IMG/VR virus record: IMGVR_UViG_3300013093_000017
Coordinates: 62,001 to 126,000 of that record
DNA: 64,000 nt
Strand: one strand, 5' to 3'
Each line of letters starts with the position of its first letter. The stretch's first letter is position 1. Of this stretch, positions 55,644 to 64,000 are shown in pieces. The notes beneath the pieces are model-generated. The model was not told where the DNA came from, searched no databases, and saw only the letters and a program-made list of their open reading frames with translations. The position numbers were made by a program, and so were the translations under genes.

Positions 55644-55894
55644 GCATAGAAGAAAATCAAGCAATATTAAGTAGCATCAGCAGTCCAGATCCAGAAGTAA
55701 ATGTAGCAGCAGTAAAGGCTAATCAATACACTGCAATGTGTAAAGCTGGTCAAATCAGCGGTGCTGAACTAATTGAACTATTACAAGACATTCAACGTAC
55801 AGCAGCAATTGACCAAACAATGAACGACCTACATTCATTAGAAATGCTAAATGTAGCAATTAACGCACTAGTAACAATCGCACAAGCTGTATAA
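55640..55894 (+). CDS. Hypothetical protein
   Basis: Packed ORF. Confidence 0.65.
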   Translation: MSIEENQAILSSISSPDPEVNVAAVKANQYTAMCKAGQISGAELIELLQDIQRTAAIDQTMNDLHSLEMLNVAINALVTIAQAV

Positions 55895-55955
55895 ACTGCT
55901 AATATAATCCCAAAACCCCATCCGTTAAATACTGCTATAACATAAGGAGTATTAA

Positions 55956-56573
55956 ATGGATGGTTTAACCAAGGCCCAACTAGGTCAATTAATTCCAGGT
56001 AATCCGTACCTAGATCACTGGTATGATGCATTATCGCAAGCATTACCAGATTACGATATTACAACCCCAAAACGCATCGCTGCTTTCTTAGCACAGTGCG
56101 CACACGAATCAGGTGGCTTTAGAGCTATCAAAGAAAACTTAAACTACAAAGCAGAATCGTTAGTTAGAGTATTTCCAAAGTATTTCCACTCTATTGACGA
56201 AGCTCAGCAATATGCAAATAATCAATCAGCTATTGCTAATCGTGTTTATGCTAACCGCATGGGCAACGGTGACGAAGCAAGTGGCGATGGTTTCAGATAC
56301 TGCGGCCGTGGTTTGATTCAAATCACAGGTAAGAGTAACTATCAAGCATTTGCTGATAGTCTACAAATGAATGTAAGTGATGCTCCAGATTATCTAGCCA
56401 CATTTGAAGGCGCTGTACAATCAGCTTGCTGGTTTTGGGAAGCAAATAATCTTAACGCATTAGCAGACCAAGGTGATATTCTAGCACTTACTAAAAAGAT
56501 CAACGGTGGTACTATTGGGTTAGATGACCGTACTGCACGTTATAACAAAGCATTACAAGTATTAGGAGCATAA
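55956..56573 (+). CDS. Endolysin, glycoside hydrolase family 19
   Basis: AFLAQCAHESGG, ENLNY, GRGLIQITG, INGG..GL..R. Confidence 0.9.
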   Translation: MDGLTKAQLGQLIPGNPYLDHWYDALSQALPDYDITTPKRIAAFLAQCAHESGGFRAIKENLNYKAESLVRVFPKYFHSIDEAQQYANNQSAIANRVYANRMGNGDEASGDGFRYCGRGLIQITGKSNYQAFADSLQMNVSDAPDYLATFEGAVQSACWFWEANNLNALADQGDILALTKKINGGTIGLDDRTARYNKALQVLGA

Positions 56574-56574
56574 G

Positions 56575-57147
56575 ATGGCATTATTAGATTCAGTATTAAA
56601 CATGATAACCAAACAACCTAAAGATAGTAAACCGGCACCTGCAGGTTCACGTTCTGAACGCGAAGCTGCTATTAAAGGCAAAGCAGGGCTAGTGATCAAT
56701 ATATTTGCAGCCTTATTAGCATTTAATGTATGGTATGGCGGCGGATTAAGTTCCACAGTAATGAACAATACCATCAAAGCCAATGATATTTGGAACTTCT
56801 ATCAAGCAAAGAGTATCAAACAAACCGATTACGAATTAGCAGCTCAAACTACTAGCGATCCAGTGAAGGCTAAGAAATTTAGTGAAAAAGCTGCCAGCTA
56901 CGACCAGGGTGAAGAAGGCAAAGCAGCATTGTTTGAAAAGGCTAAGAAATTAGAAGCAGAGCGCGATCATGCTAAGAAGAAAAGTCCATGGATTGGTTAT
57001 GCAGGTACAGCATATCAGTTGAGCATTGTATTACTATCAGCAAGTATCTTAGCAGTTAGTATGATGTTGTTTTGGAGCAGTTTCGTAGTAGCAGGATTGG
57101 GAGTTTTATTAATGAGCCAAGGTATTTGGCTTTGGTTACCAGTTTAA
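56575..57147 (+). CDS. DUF4337-like membrane protein
   Basis: ANDIWNFYQAKSIK, QLSIVLLSASI. Confidence 0.7.
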   Translation: MALLDSVLNMITKQPKDSKPAPAGSRSEREAAIKGKAGLVINIFAALLAFNVWYGGGLSSTVMNNTIKANDIWNFYQAKSIKQTDYELAAQTTSDPVKAKKFSEKAASYDQGEEGKAALFEKAKKLEAERDHAKKKSPWIGYAGTAYQLSIVLLSASILAVSMMLFWSSFVVAGLGVLLMSQGIWLWLPV

Positions 57148-57171
57148 CCACACACTATTAGGAGTAAGAAA

Positions 57172-57708
57172 ATGGCAGATGATCAAACAAGCGTAAGCGA
57201 ACAAAAGAAAGAAGATTGGATGAACAGTAAATGGCGTCCGATGATGGGTTGGATGTATATGCTAGTCTGTATGATGGATTTCGTAGGATTTCCAATCTTA
57301 TGGAGTTTATTACAAGCATTACACGGCGGTACAGTAACTAGTCAATGGCAACCACTGACCTTGCAAGGTGCTGGATTATTCCACATTGCAATGGGTGCAG
57401 TTATTGGTATTAGTGCGTATGGTCGTACACAAGAAAAGTTAAATGGTGCTAATAATGGCGGGGCAACTCCGGCAGCATTAGATCCTAGTAACTTAGCAGG
57501 ATTCGCAGCAGGTTCAGGTACAACATATCAACCTCCGGTACCGGCTCCAGTAGTAGTAACCCCTCCGCCTGCACCTGCTCCAGTAGCCCCGGCTCCTGCG
57601 GCACCAGTAACGGTAACTGTAGATGTTACACCAGCACCTGCTCCAGTAGCAACAACAGGATTTGGCGGCAAACCAGCACCAGCTCCTGAACCACAACCTG
57701 AACAATAA
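57172..57708 (+). CDS. Putative holin with Pro/Ala-rich tail
   Basis: WRPMMGW, TM segments, AVIGISAYGRTQEK. Confidence 0.65.
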   Translation: MADDQTSVSEQKKEDWMNSKWRPMMGWMYMLVCMMDFVGFPILWSLLQALHGGTVTSQWQPLTLQGAGLFHIAMGAVIGISAYGRTQEKLNGANNGGATPAALDPSNLAGFAAGSGTTYQPPVPAPVVVTPPPAPAPVAPAPAAPVTVTVDVTPAPAPVATTGFGGKPAPAPEPQPEQ

Positions 57709-57719
57709 GGAAAAGAGAA

Positions 57720-57923
57720 ATGAAAATGATATCAACATTATTAGTAGGACTAGCATTAGTAGTAGCGGTACCGTCATACGCAGAAGGTGTAGCAACCAAA
57801 GTGTGTCATGACAAGTTAGATAAGGCAGGCAAGCCTGTAGTAAAGAAAGGTAAGGTTGTACAAGATTGCAAGATGATCAAAGTACATAAGAAGTTAGAAG
57901 GCACAGTGGTTCCAAGTAAGTAA
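57720..57923 (+). CDS. Small secreted hypothetical protein
   Basis: Signal peptide, two Cys. Confidence 0.65.
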   Translation: MKMISTLLVGLALVVAVPSYAEGVATKVCHDKLDKAGKPVVKKGKVVQDCKMIKVHKKLEGTVVPSK

Positions 57924-57930
57924 TCACTTA

Positions 57931-57970
57931 AAGGGGGTAGGTTGACACTTACCCCTTTTTCATCTATAAT
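57931..57970 (+). promoter_or_regulatory. Terminator hairpin with sigma70 -35 box in its loop
   Basis: AAGGGGGTAGG-TTGACA-CTTACCCCTTTT; TTGACA-17-TATAAT, 6 nt before the dnaJ ATG. Confidence 0.75.
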
Positions 57971-57976
57971 GTAACT

Positions 57977-58798
57977 ATGGATGCATATACTACATTAGGC
58001 GTTGCTCGAGACGCTTCAGACGATGAAATCAAAAAAGCCTATCGCAAATTGGCCAGCCAACATCACCCCGACAAGGGCGGTGATACTGCTAAATTCCAAG
58101 AAATACAAAGTGCTTACGATACATTAAGCGATCCTCAAAAACGAGCAGAACACGATAATCCACGCCAAGCAAATAATTTTCATTTCCATACAGGTAATAT
58201 GCCTCCAGGGTTTGAAGACATGTTCGGCGCTTTTGGGTTTGGTGATATTTTTGGGCACCGAGCACAAGCTCGTCCTCAGCGCAATAGTACACTAAATTTA
58301 CACACATCGGTTAGTTTAGAAGAAGCATTTACAGGTAAAGAATTAGTAGCTACCGTACAATTGCCCAGCGGTAAAGAGCAGATTATTAACGTAAAAATAC
58401 CAGCAGGTGTAACAGATGGTACTGTGTTGCGACTAAGAGAAATTGGTGATGATCGCATATCAGGTGTGCCAAAAGGCGATATTCACCTAACAGTTATGGT
58501 ACGTAGTTCTGCTTTGTTTGAGAGACAAGGTGATGACCTAGTTAAATCAGTTGACATTTCTGCATTAGATGCTATACTAGGTATAGATAAGATAATATCT
58601 ACGATAGATCATAAGTCGTTAAATGTAACAATCCCAGCAGGTACGCAGCCAAATACCACATTAGCATTACACGGGCAAGGTATGCCTAATATGCACGATA
58701 GTAGATTTAGAGGTAGATTATTACTACGAATAAATGTTACAATCCCAACTAACTTAACTGATGAACAAAAAGAGTTCATTAGACAAGCAAGAGCTTAA
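57977..58798 (+). CDS. DnaJ/CbpA-type co-chaperone (no Zn finger)
   Basis: J-domain with HPD, G/F region, C-terminal domain. Confidence 0.92.
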   Translation: MDAYTTLGVARDASDDEIKKAYRKLASQHHPDKGGDTAKFQEIQSAYDTLSDPQKRAEHDNPRQANNFHFHTGNMPPGFEDMFGAFGFGDIFGHRAQARPQRNSTLNLHTSVSLEEAFTGKELVATVQLPSGKEQIINVKIPAGVTDGTVLRLREIGDDRISGVPKGDIHLTVMVRSSALFERQGDDLVKSVDISALDAILGIDKIISTIDHKSLNVTIPAGTQPNTTLALHGQGMPNMHDSRFRGRLLLRINVTIPTNLTDEQKEFIRQARA

Positions 58799-58827
58799 AT
58801 ATTATTATTCACTAAAAGGAAACATTA

Positions 58828-61098
58828 ATGTTAGAACCAAATAAAGATTTAGCACGCATCTTTGAAAACGCAATTACTGAAGCTAGCGTTAGAAATCACG
58901 AATATCTTACCCTTGAACACTTCCTATATGGTCTAGTAATGGATAAGAAATTTGCTGCCTTATTAGATGAATACGGTGCCGACGTAGGTGAACTACGCAG
59001 CGACCTAACTACTTTCATCGATGAAAACCTAAGAGACATTGCAAACTTACCAGAAGGTGCTCGTCCTAAGAAAACCAACACTATCGAACGTATGTTAAAT
59101 CGTGCATTTACACAGGTGTTATTCAGCGGTCGTCAACTTATTGAACCAGTCGATTGTATGATCAGTTTGTTCTCAGAAAAACAAAGTCACGCAAATTACT
59201 TTATGCGCAAGGCCAATATTGAAAAAGATACGTTCTTAGAATTCGTAACTAAAGAAACAGATATCGTTGAAGAAAAAGAAGGCGCAAGTGAAGTATCAGA
59301 TCGTCAACTTGAAAAATTCTTAATTCAATATTGTGCTAATCTTACAGCCAAAGCTAAATCAAAACAAATTGATCCAGTCATTGGCCGTGAAAAAGAAATT
59401 GAAGAACTTACATTAATCCTAGCTCGTCGACATAAATCAAACGTTATGTTAATTGGTGATCCAGGTGTAGGTAAGACTGCTATTGCAGAAGGAGTAGCAC
59501 GTAAGATTATCGAAGGTAATGTTCCTAACTTTATCAAAGACCATTCTGTATATTCATTAGATATTGGTGCAATGTTAGCTGGTAGTAAATATCGCGGTGA
59601 TTTTGAAGAACGTCTAAAGAATGTTATCTCAGCACTTGAAAAGAAAAAGAATTGTATCTTATTCATCGACGAAGCACACATGATGTCAGGTGCCGGCGCA
59701 GTTAGTGGCGGAGCAAATGATATGAGTAACATGCTTAAACCTGCACTAGGTAAAGGTACTATTAAAGTTATTGCTAGTACCACTTGGGAAGAGTTCCGTA
59801 AACACTTTGAAAAAGATCGCGCTCTAATGCGCCGCTTCCAAAAGGTTATGGTTAATGAGCCAGATGAAGCAACCTGCATTAAGATTGTCAAGGGCCTACG
59901 CAAGTATTACGAAAAACATCATAATGTTAAGATTACTAATCAAGCTATTATTGATTCAGTTAAGTACAGTACAAAATATATGAGCGATAAGAAGCTTCCA
60001 GATAAAGCATTTGACTTGATTGACTGTGCAGGCGCTCGATTTAAAATGCGTGATGAAGAAGGTGGCATTGTTGATCACGATGAAATCTTGTTTGAAGTTA
60101 GCCGTATTACAGGTCTTCCGTTAGATCAAATTGCTGCTAAAGAAAACAAAAACCTACGCGATCTTGAAAAGAATATGAAAAACAAAGTGTTTGGCCAAGA
60201 AAAAGCAATTGAAGTATTGTTAGATAAGATCTTTATTGCACAAGCAGGATTGAAATCATTGAACAAGCCAATTGGTAGTTTCTTATTTACAGGGCCAACA
60301 GGTGTTGGTAAGACAGAGGCAGCTAAACAACTAGCGGCTAATATGAATGTTGAACTTGTACGTTTTGACATGAGTGAATACCAAGAACAACACTCAGTGG
60401 CTAAGTTTATTGGTAGCCCTCCAGGTTATGTAGGATTTGAAGATAATGCCGGTCAGTTAGTTACTAAACTACAAGAACATCCAAATGCTATCTTGTTGTT
60501 TGATGAAGTAGAAAAAGCACACCCAAGTGTGTTAACTATCTTGTTAGGCCTAATGGACAATGGGTTTGTTACCGGTAGTAATGGTAAGAAAGCAGACGGT
60601 CGTAACTCGATTATTATTATGACCAGTAACTTAGGTGCCAGCGATGCTGAGAAGAACAGTGTCGGTTTTGGTAGTTTAGAGCGTGATGGTGACCCTAAGG
60701 ATGCTATTAACAAGTTCTTTGCTCCGGAATTCCGCAATCGTTTAGATGGTATGATCCGCTTTGGCAAACTTGATCACGAAACAATGGTTAAAGTTGTTAA
60801 GAAATTCATGGACGATCTTAATGTATTGGTTAAAGAACGTAATGTACATGTTAAACCTACAGTTGAAGCAGTTGAATTCTTAATTAAGAAAGGATTTGAC
60901 AGCAAGATGGGTGCTCGTCCATTGCAACGTACTATTGATGAGTTTATTAAGAAACCGTTGAGTAAAGAGATCTTATTTGGTCGACTAGTAAACGGCGGCA
61001 TTGTTGAGATTGGTGCTACTGATACTGAACTTACTTTAAACTATGTTGATGTGCTGCCATTGTTGGATAAGCCAAAAGCAGTTGAAGAAAGTCAATAA
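58828..61098 (+). CDS. clpA: ATP-dependent Clp protease ATPase subunit ClpA-like
   Basis: Clp N-domain, two AAA+ modules (GDPGVGKT, GPTGVGKT), VGF docking loop, GARPL. Confidence 0.9.
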   Translation: MLEPNKDLARIFENAITEASVRNHEYLTLEHFLYGLVMDKKFAALLDEYGADVGELRSDLTTFIDENLRDIANLPEGARPKKTNTIERMLNRAFTQVLFSGRQLIEPVDCMISLFSEKQSHANYFMRKANIEKDTFLEFVTKETDIVEEKEGASEVSDRQLEKFLIQYCANLTAKAKSKQIDPVIGREKEIEELTLILARRHKSNVMLIGDPGVGKTAIAEGVARKIIEGNVPNFIKDHSVYSLDIGAMLAGSKYRGDFEERLKNVISALEKKKNCILFIDEAHMMSGAGAVSGGANDMSNMLKPALGKGTIKVIASTTWEEFRKHFEKDRALMRRFQKVMVNEPDEATCIKIVKGLRKYYEKHHNVKITNQAIIDSVKYSTKYMSDKKLPDKAFDLIDCAGARFKMRDEEGGIVDHDEILFEVSRITGLPLDQIAAKENKNLRDLEKNMKNKVFGQEKAIEVLLDKIFIAQAGLKSLNKPIGSFLFTGPTGVGKTEAAKQLAANMNVELVRFDMSEYQEQHSVAKFIGSPPGYVGFEDNAGQLVTKLQEHPNAILLFDEVEKAHPSVLTILLGLMDNGFVTGSNGKKADGRNSIIIMTSNLGASDAEKNSVGFGSLERDGDPKDAINKFFAPEFRNRLDGMIRFGKLDHETMVKVVKKFMDDLNVLVKERNVHVKPTVEAVEFLIKKGFDSKMGARPLQRTIDEFIKKPLSKEILFGRLVNGGIVEIGATDTELTLNYVDVLPLLDKPKAVEESQ

Positions 61099-61132
61099 AG
61101 GTAGCATAAATACTGCATCAGGATAATATACT

Positions 61133-61552
61133 ATGCCAGCATTAAGCTCACCATTTACTTTCATTATTAACTCAGGTACTTTCACTGCTACCTCAGTCGT
61201 TATACCATCAGCGGCTTATGCACCAGATGGAAGTACACTGTTTAACTCAATACCAGAAAAAGGCGATGGCTATTTCGGAGCCGCAGACGGTTTACACACA
61301 GTAACCTACACAGTGACTCCGAATTTTGCTGGTACACTGACTATGCAGGCAACATTAGCAGTTACTCCAGTCGAATCAGATTGGTTTAATGTGGCTAACA
61401 CTTCAGTAGAATATGTTTGGCCTATTGTGCCGGCAACAACTACAACCAACTACTGTAACTTTACAGGTAACTTTGTTTGGGTGCGTGCGCAGGTATTCCG
61501 CACAGTTGACCAACCAAACGGCACCTTAGAGTTTATCAACTATAACCACTAA
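61133..61552 (+). CDS. Hypothetical (probable structural) protein
   Basis: beta-rich; TAAATA upstream. Confidence 0.7.
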   Translation: MPALSSPFTFIINSGTFTATSVVIPSAAYAPDGSTLFNSIPEKGDGYFGAADGLHTVTYTVTPNFAGTLTMQATLAVTPVESDWFNVANTSVEYVWPIVPATTTTNYCNFTGNFVWVRAQVFRTVDQPNGTLEFINYNH

Positions 61553-61599
61553 TTGTTTCTTCGAATAAAACAGTATAAATACTCCATCGGAGTATTAAT

Positions 61600-61995
61600 A
61601 TGAAATTATACGAATTTTTTGGTGTACCAACTTACGAATCAGATCCAGACAAAGATAGTCGGGATGACGTAAATGGACAAACACAAGCAGATAAAGATAA
61701 ACTTGCCGACGAAGTATATTGGTATATCTTAGATCACGATCAATTACACAAAGACTATTTCGTTCCATTAGCGAAAGAAATATCAGACAAACAAAAAGCA
61801 AAAGAGTTTGATCACGGTGGTTACATTAAGAAGTGGATGCCGATGATTAATAAAGGTTGCATGGAGTTCTATAAAGAAGCTAAAATGGATCGTGATCCAA
61901 GAGACATTTTTCCTTTAGATATGCGTAAAGCATTATGTCATAGAATAGCAGAACAACATCATACTGATATAGAACAAGGTGCATACAAGACATAA
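61600..61995 (+). CDS. Hypothetical protein
   Basis: TATAAATA promoter and SD GGAG. Confidence 0.7.
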   Translation: MKLYEFFGVPTYESDPDKDSRDDVNGQTQADKDKLADEVYWYILDHDQLHKDYFVPLAKEISDKQKAKEFDHGGYIKKWMPMINKGCMEFYKEAKMDRDPRDIFPLDMRKALCHRIAEQHHTDIEQGAYKT

Positions 61996-62978
61996 TGCTA
62001 TTATCCGAATTATTCCACCATAAAAAGAAACTAATAGAAGGCGGCAACGTATTTGCAGGCAAGACCACCTCTATTAAGCTCGAACACATTAAACCAACTT
62101 TAGATGCGTACTTTGCAGAATTAAAACATCTGTTCCCAAAGAAAGCAGGCATATTTAACGAACAACATTTTGTTCCGCTCGGTTCAGTTGGTAAGAAAGC
62201 AGTATCAGGTGACATTGATCTTGGTGTTAGTGCCAGTGAACTTGTTGATAAAGAAATGAGCGATGCCAGTATAGCCGAATGGGGTATTGATCCCAAAGAT
62301 GTTGCAGCAGAAGCAGAAGCCTTGCAAAAACGTGCTAGAAGTTCTACTCCAGAACAATCACGCATGAAAGCATTTAATAAATGCCTAGTACGTTATATTA
62401 ATGCACATGCCCCGACATTACACTGCGATGAAACAAAAGTAACCAACGGTAATCTATTTGGATTATTTCCGCAGATAGACGAACAAGGCAATCACGTGGG
62501 CAGTGGTGTGCAAATTGATTGGATGATTGGAGATCTAAATTGGCTACGTTTCAGCTATCATTCAGCAGCATATCCAGAAGGGTCTAATGTTAAAGGTCTA
62601 CACCGTACGCAATTAATGTTATCAGCGTTCCAAGTGGCAGGACTATCATTTAATCACGTTGATGGTGTTAAAGATAAAGCAACTGGAGAGATTATTGCTC
62701 GGGATCCAGATCAAGCATTGACCATACTAGGACAACGTCTAGGATTTAAGATAACACAAGCAGATGCAGAAGATTATTATAAACTACATAATCTATTCAA
62801 AGCAAAAATGCGCCCAGAAGAATATAGTGCATTGCTAAACATCTACTTTAAGATATTAGACAGTACTCGCGCAGATATTCCTGACGATTTACAAGACGAA
62901 TGGCGCAAACGTCAATCGGCATTGGGCCTAACAGGTAAGTTCCTACCTGATAATTCAGCATTAAAGGTGAGACAATGA
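61995..62978 (+). CDS. Pol-beta-superfamily nucleotidyltransferase-like protein
   Basis: LGSVGKKAVSGDIDL (GS..DxD) and VQIDWM third Asp. Confidence 0.7.
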   Translation: MLLSELFHHKKKLIEGGNVFAGKTTSIKLEHIKPTLDAYFAELKHLFPKKAGIFNEQHFVPLGSVGKKAVSGDIDLGVSASELVDKEMSDASIAEWGIDPKDVAAEAEALQKRARSSTPEQSRMKAFNKCLVRYINAHAPTLHCDETKVTNGNLFGLFPQIDEQGNHVGSGVQIDWMIGDLNWLRFSYHSAAYPEGSNVKGLHRTQLMLSAFQVAGLSFNHVDGVKDKATGEIIARDPDQALTILGQRLGFKITQADAEDYYKLHNLFKAKMRPEEYSALLNIYFKILDSTRADIPDDLQDEWRKRQSALGLTGKFLPDNSALKVRQ

Positions 62979-64000
62979 GCGGAGTGGCCGGGGCAGATCG
63001 CATAAAGAGTCGTAACGATTTCAAGCAATTTCTTGCTTCCTATCAAAAACTGATTGCAAAGTTTCCTGGCTTTGTGTCAATGAACACCAGCGGAAGTTAT
63101 AACAGCGATCCAAGTAAAAATGATTTTGGTGATATTGATCTTATTGTACACATTAAGTCAGATAAAGATAAACCTACTGTAAAGAAAGAACTACAAGCGT
63201 TCTTACAAGCACAACCAGATACAGTTATTGTTCCGTTTACATCAGAGAAGCATGCCGGCAAACGTTCATACAATGCAGGTGAGCTAGTATCAGTTCGATA
63301 TCATGATGATCAATTAGGGTATTCGGCACAGATTGATAATATTGTTGCCCTAGACGAATCTGAAGCATCATTCAAGCAACAGTTCTTAGATTTGCCTGCT
63401 GAAAAGCAAGGACTAATTCTAGGCCTAGTTAAGATTGCTACAATTGAAACAGATCCTCAGAGGTTATTCAAAAGCCTGGGCATTACTGCACCGGTGCTTA
63501 CACAACCAAATGAAGAATACGAGTTTAATCTAAGCTCAGTTGAACTACAATTACGCAAGGTTACTTACAAACCAGGTACCTACGAACAAATTGGTCGCGA
63601 AGTTATTTGGACTAGTCGCAATTTTGACGATCTAAAGAAAGTATTATATCAATACAACCTAGATGCAGACTTTGATACACTGTTAGCACGTAGCAAACAG
63701 GTAATCAAAAATCCACGTAGCAATGCTCGTATGCAGGGTGTGTTTAGTAGTATGATTACAGTTAAATCAGGCGAGGTTGGCACTGCCAAAGGTGCCGGCA
63801 AAGAGGCTGCATTGGGCAAAATACAACAAACATTCCGCGAAGATGTATTCAAATGGACTGATTATGAAAATATAGACAACATGGATGATAGACTACATCT
63901 TGCCGAAACGTATTTTACAACTAATGATAATTTATTTGAATCCAATGAGTCCCATGCTACTAATTATTTCTTAAGTTTACGATCAGATGCTAATAATCCA
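62975..64000 (+). CDS. Second pol-beta-superfamily nucleotidyltransferase-like protein (partial, runs off window)
   Basis: MSGVAGADRI...TSGSYNSDPSKNDFGDIDLIV...AQIDNI; open to the window end. Confidence 0.7.
   Translation, partial: MSGVAGADRIKSRNDFKQFLASYQKLIAKFPGFVSMNTSGSYNSDPSKNDFGDIDLIVHIKSDKDKPTVKKELQAFLQAQPDTVIVPFTSEKHAGKRSYNAGELVSVRYHDDQLGYSAQIDNIVALDESEASFKQQFLDLPAEKQGLILGLVKIATIETDPQRLFKSLGITAPVLTQPNEEYEFNLSSVELQLRKVTYKPGTYEQIGREVIWTSRNFDDLKKVLYQYNLDADFDTLLARSKQVIKNPRSNARMQGVFSSMITVKSGEVGTAKGAGKEAALGKIQQTFREDVFKWTDYENIDNMDDRLHLAETYFTTNDNLFESNESHATNYFLSLRSDANNP

Noticed and set aside
1-64000. Short antisense or nested ORFs inside long genes (e.g. 59325-59903, 61880-62365, 42175-42441)
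   Set aside because: Shadow frames of well-supported genes with no independent signals.
1-64000. CRISPR array, rRNA or integrase/transposase
   Set aside because: No regularly spaced direct repeats, rRNA-like sequence or recombinase motifs seen.

Overview
AT-rich, densely coding 64 kb segment of a large (jumbo-type) tailed bacteriophage genome read in the standard genetic code. It has near-consensus sigma70 promoters (TTGACA-17-TATAAT) and many T4-late-like TAAATA motifs. From left to right: (1) a nucleotide-sugar/glycosyltransferase cluster with RfbH, a split TPP enzyme, RmlB/C-like enzymes and GT17/GT34-like transferases; (2) a ~9 kb array of 26 tRNAs covering all 20 amino acids, mixed with tRNA-like and larger structured ncRNAs and three free-standing homing endonucleases; (3) small hypothetical genes plus auxiliary genes (ahcY, clpP, PBP7-like peptidase, queD, UDP-xylose synthase, uvsE, SOD, degenerate sufC/sufBD, phoH); (4) virion/tail genes, a DnaE fragment, GroES and a clamp loader; (5) a lysis cassette, DnaJ, ClpA and two tandem pol-beta-type nucleotidyltransferases. 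The best candidate for a new system lies at the head of the tRNA array: tandem promoters, an unannotated 49-codon leader ORF (9495-9644) containing all 20 amino acids and 32 different codons, and mutually exclusive antiterminator/terminator hairpins. This looks like a ribosome-dependent attenuator that would switch phage tRNAs on when any host tRNA becomes limiting. A second recurring theme is homing endonucleases sitting between a truncated old copy and an intact replacement copy of their target gene (tRNA-Arg, tRNA-Gln, queD). All calls were made by eye; no database searches were run.
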